Positions 38,892 to 42,884 of a DNA stretch of 42,884 bases are shown piece by piece (within the stretch, counting starts at the first letter, position 1; the number at the start of each line of letters is the position of its first letter). The DNA is taken from assembly GCA_002633005.1 (NCBI GenBank), contig NMRA01001176.1:1-42884 (forward strand), read 5' to 3'. This DNA is from Phoronis australis. Its lineage: Eukaryota; Animalia; Phoronida. The notes beneath the pieces are model-generated. The model was not told the DNA's origin. It was given only the letters and a program-made list of their open reading frames with translations, and did not search any database. Both the position numbers and the translations under genes were made by a program.

Positions 38892-39912
38892 TAGATTATT
38901 ACATGGCGAAGTTGTTATCCCCCGTTATCTAGAGCCCGAGTGAATTTTCGAGAATTATTGCCCGAGGGGCGTTATACCACATATTGCAATGAATCGATCT
39001 ACCTTTTTCGACTCGCCTCGGCTTTGTAACTACTTCCTATGTCAGAGGCCCAGGGTCGGAGGTCGTGACCTTTTAAGAAAAGCCGAGCTATTTTTGTCAA
39101 ATAATGCTTTAATCAAAACCAATTGAAAAATAAAACAAACTAGAAATAAAGTGAATCTATAAATTAAGGTTTAGCAACTAATATAGCTTACTACACATTT
39201 TATCACGCTAAGCTTGGACCGGGAAAATATCGTCTGCTAAAGTAGGTTACCACTAATAACTGACTATAAGGCTCAAGTCAAAGTATCCGACGACACGATA
39301 CCCGCATTCAAATTGGAGATCGGTGATTTCCAAGTGAGAGAACACGAGACAAAAATTTCACTTACTTAAAATATCGTTTTCATGGAAATTATGCGTCTTA
39401 TTTTTCAAAGCGTATAAATGTCGGTGCAATGCCCTTTGCTGAACATGCGATTGTTGCGCGTGCTCATTTAAGTACTCTATTTTCAGGTTCGATGACGTCA
39501 GCCGCTGAGTGGCGTAGTGGTAAAGTCGGCGACTCGAAATTCTTGAGGCCCTGGTTCAAATCCGGCCTCGGTTTCCCGCCAAAATGATATCTCACCAGTG
39601 AGATAACTTTATGGGTTATTACACGGTTGTATCTGCCATTCCAGGCTAATATTGTGGGTCTTTGACATAGAAAGTAGTTACAAAGCCGAGGCGAGTCGAG
39701 AAAGGTAGATCGATTCATTGCAATGTTTCTCGTTCAGTATGTGGGATAAATAGATTATTACATGTTCTCAATCGTTATCCCGCTTATCTAGAGGCCTCAT
39801 GGATTTTGGAGAATTATCACCCTCGGGGCTAACGCTCCTCGGGCAAAAATTCTCCAAAATTCACTCGGGTTCTAGATAACGGGGTGTTACGACTTTGCCA
39901 TGTAATAGTCTA
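38892..39912. mobile_element. Composite palindromic element with nested inverted repeats
   Basis: Ends TAGATTATTACATGGC / GCCATGTAATAGTCTA with about 80 bp of inverted match. Inner inverted pair at about 38983-39050 and 39655-39723. 39751-39912 is itself a hairpin. Confidence 0.75.
39501..39573 (+). pseudogene. tRNA-like sequence (pseudo-tRNA or SINE head)
   Basis: A box TGGCGTAGTGG, B box GGTTCAAATCC, T stem CTGG/CCGG, loop CTCGAAA (CGA). Acceptor and anticodon stems are mismatched and there is no long Ser variable arm. Confidence 0.6.
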
Positions 39913-40569
39913 CATGTATAGGTAGCTTTCAGATTTTTACGACTCGTAACGTTTCCGGCTTGTTCTCGGCTTCGGCAAATCGATTTAAATTGTATTTATG
40001 TACACGAATTCTCGAAAACGGGTCTGTGAATTCCATTGACACTTTCAAAGTTTAATGTTTGTTTACCAATCTCCAAAACGGAGCTAGGATTTTCCTTTTA
40101 AATGGCTAGTTTTTTTGAAGGCCCGCAGCCAGCATTCCGTGAGGGTGGTCGGAATTCAAGCTAGATCGGTAGACCTTTGATTATTGCAATCGTCCACACT
40201 GTAGGGTTTTCGGTAAGGCCCTTGACTCTTAATAAGGGGGCGGGGGGGTAGGAGGGGAGTGAAGTTTTTATACACAAAGATGATTCTCAGCTCATGTTCC
40301 TGAGATAAGATTGAATTCGTAATATCAGAAATGAGGATGTCGTGACGGTTGCAAAATACGGGACTCAGATTCGGATATAATGTGGTCCAGAAAGACAACG
40401 TTCTCGCTTTACCTCCTGTTAAACTTTCAAATTAAACTGCTTAAATAAGTGATTACATTTCATTGCATACTCGGACGGAAATATTTAGTAGGAGAATGAT
40501 TGACGAAACTTTTGTCTGGTTGTATATTTGCGTGTTACTTAAGTTGCTTACATCGCTGGATATGGGAAC

Positions 40570-41900
40570 AGCTCGCTATTCCTAAGGTTCACTATTCTGA
40601 AGGTTCATTACTCCAAAACTATCTAAAACTTCGAGTGTAATTTTTATACATTTACATGCAAAAATAATTGATATTTCGGTTATTGTGAGGCAGCGGTGTA
40701 CATACCGACGACAACGCCCGAGTACTGAAGCACTTATTGTTTGAATTTCGTGCGCATGTGAAATTGCCCGCATGTCTCAAGTTACGAATACGGCAAAATG
40801 AGTACGAACTTCCATTTTGAAAAGAAAATAATAAATTTTCAACCACGATATATTCATGAAATCCAAGTCAAGATCGCATCATTTCACAGCGCGACTGAAA
40901 ATGTCGCAGAATGTGTTATTGTGTTTTGACATCATTTTGGTTAAGTCGTTGTATTACATCACTTTCTGTTGTTGTTTACTACCACTTTCTTAGAATAGGA
41001 AATTACTAATGCTACCTATTCCTAGAACTGTTTGTTATTGAACGTAGTACATCCCGTATATTTTCATCTTGTTTCATTGGTTAATTCGCGTTTCTCTGGT
41101 CTCTATACCTGTACATATTATTTTTACTTGTATTCAGTAGTAGTAGTTGTAACAGTTGTTTTTCCGCATTCAGATGTTTTCTCTTCATGTAACGTTTGCA
41201 GTCTTCAATATACTAGTCAACACTCATCTCTTGTTCTTTCCTACGAACCACCTCTGCGTACCTACAGTAGCCAAACCGCATTTTCCCCGTACGCCATAGA
41301 AAAAATTTGGGCCGCTGCGCCTCAGCCTCACCCAACGAAACCTCGCGCACGGCAGGGTTGAAACTAAATGTAGTTAGTACGCTACCCTGTCTCTGACAGT
41401 CTTCATGAAGTCAGGGACTTCCATTCAGTCTTCTTAAATTTAAAATCGACGTTGGTCCCTGCTGCCCTGACTCGAGACCAGGCGTGCGTTTAGTAACTTT
41501 AGGACCTAGCTAAAATCTAATCAGTCACGTGTTCTAATTTAATATACACGGGAATATCTCACGTAATATCGCGAAGACTTGTTTTTAACGAGATCCTATC
41601 GTTACTGAATGGGAGGCAGATGTTATTCCTGCTTGAGAGTGTGTCGTTAGTTAGATTCAAGAATCACGATTGGCAGTGAATTGAACTAAGCTCATTTGTA
41701 ACCAATGTGATCATTTTTTAGAAATATTCAGCCCTTACACCCTTTAAATGGCTACTAAATCATGATTGACACAAACACAATACTTTTTTCATGTCAATTC
41801 TGATTCATTACCAGTAGTGAACTTTTGGAGGTATCGGATTAGTGAACCTTTAGAGTAGTGGACTTCCGGAGTAGTGAACCTTCGGAATAGTGACGTAACA
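40570..41900. mobile_element. Element bounded by inverted arrays of a 16-bp unit
   Basis: Left end CACTATTCTGAAGGTT-type repeats, right end AACCTTCGGAATAGTG-type repeats (about 41812-41893). Confidence 0.5.
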
Positions 41901-42884
41901 TTGGAAATATTTCCCATAAAGTTTGTTGCTAGTATAAAGTCAGTGAGACTGTGCACAATTGACACTGGTTGACAGGAGAAGACTTTCTTCATTGACCAAC
42001 GTTTTTATTAGTTCTAGACCTACCTTTCCCCAATAATGTGAACATGCTTGTTGAGGTTTCCTCAGTGCAAGAAAACACGGTAGTTACACGACTGGTTTTT
42101 GAGCAACGACGGAGGTCTGCCTAAGTATAATGAACTTACTGTCGTCGTGTACTGAATTTAAAAGAACGGAAGCACACACAAGTGTATATGCATGCATGTC
42201 GATACACCAATCCACAATCAAAGTGGACACTGAATGAACAACATATTTGACGATCACTTTCAATTCGAAGTTTGAAAATGCCTGAACCATACGAAAATAG
42301 CAGATAACAATAACCTATATTCTGCTGAGTAATAGAAATTTATTAACATCGTTTTTGAAGTAAATTGCGTTTTCATTGAAAGGGGTTTCATTAAAATCTA
42401 CCAAAGGGTCATATTGGTATGAATATCCCTTTTTAAAATGAAATTTGACTTTAAAAGGCGGTAACTTAAAAATAATAATGGCACATAAATATAAAACATA
42501 TTTTATAATTTTTGGTCTGTTTTTATTCAGATAATATATACTTTTACTAGTTAGCGTAGTCAGGATTTTTACATGTACGAGTTAGAAGGGAGGCCACTAA
42601 ATAAGGTTTAAGCAGCGTCAGTAGAAATATTTAACATACATAAGTGATGTACGACAATACATTTTGTGTTGTTCAACAGTGAAACACTTGATTTGTTCAC
42701 TTCAAATGACAAGAGCAGTTACACTGGAAAACATGGAAACTATTGAATACCCACTTCACAGCAGGCACAATTTAAGTAATTCGGTAGTAAGTTACATCAC
42801 GAGATAAAATGGTAATTCGAAGTCCACAAACAGGAAGAGAGGATGCTGGCATCACCCATGGGGTGGGGGGGGGCTTGGGGCTCG

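Noticed and set aside
39501-39573. Functional tRNA-Ser(CGA)
   Set aside because: Acceptor and anticodon stems are broken and the long variable arm is missing.
41812-41893. Short regularly spaced repeats resembling a CRISPR array
   Set aside because: Eukaryotic context, no unique spacers and no cas genes. They are subterminal transposon repeats.

Overview
This is AT-rich, repeat-rich eukaryotic genomic DNA, probably from a marine invertebrate, and no species is assigned. Two spliced host genes can be assembled by hand. (1) On the + strand (3636-8939) is a 3-exon gene that the ORF track misses. It encodes an 80-aa secreted prepropeptide: a signal peptide, then a propeptide (SVYESEENANVFLNRETR) that aligns without gaps to vertebrate vitamin-K-dependent gamma-carboxylase recognition propeptides, then a short Glu-rich peptide WGSEEFREFREGF with an amidation signal (GRR-stop). 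Its Glu spacing matches the Gla spacing of conantokin-G. This is the most interesting item: a candidate gamma-carboxylated, amidated peptide (toxin, neuropeptide or Ca-binding secreted peptide). (2) On the - strand (29141-22254) is a family-B Methuselah/adhesion-like GPCR with a somatomedin-B-like domain and one frameshift in a homopolymer. The rest is mostly decayed mobile DNA: Kolobok-like (THAP), Harbinger (Myb/SANT) nested in a LINE, Gypsy integrase, Penelope, an AT-TSD TIR element, Mutator-like and other MITEs, foldbacks, and a tRNA-like sequence inside a palindromic element. Several assembly artefacts occur at N positions. All calls are from reading the sequence by eye, and no searches were run.
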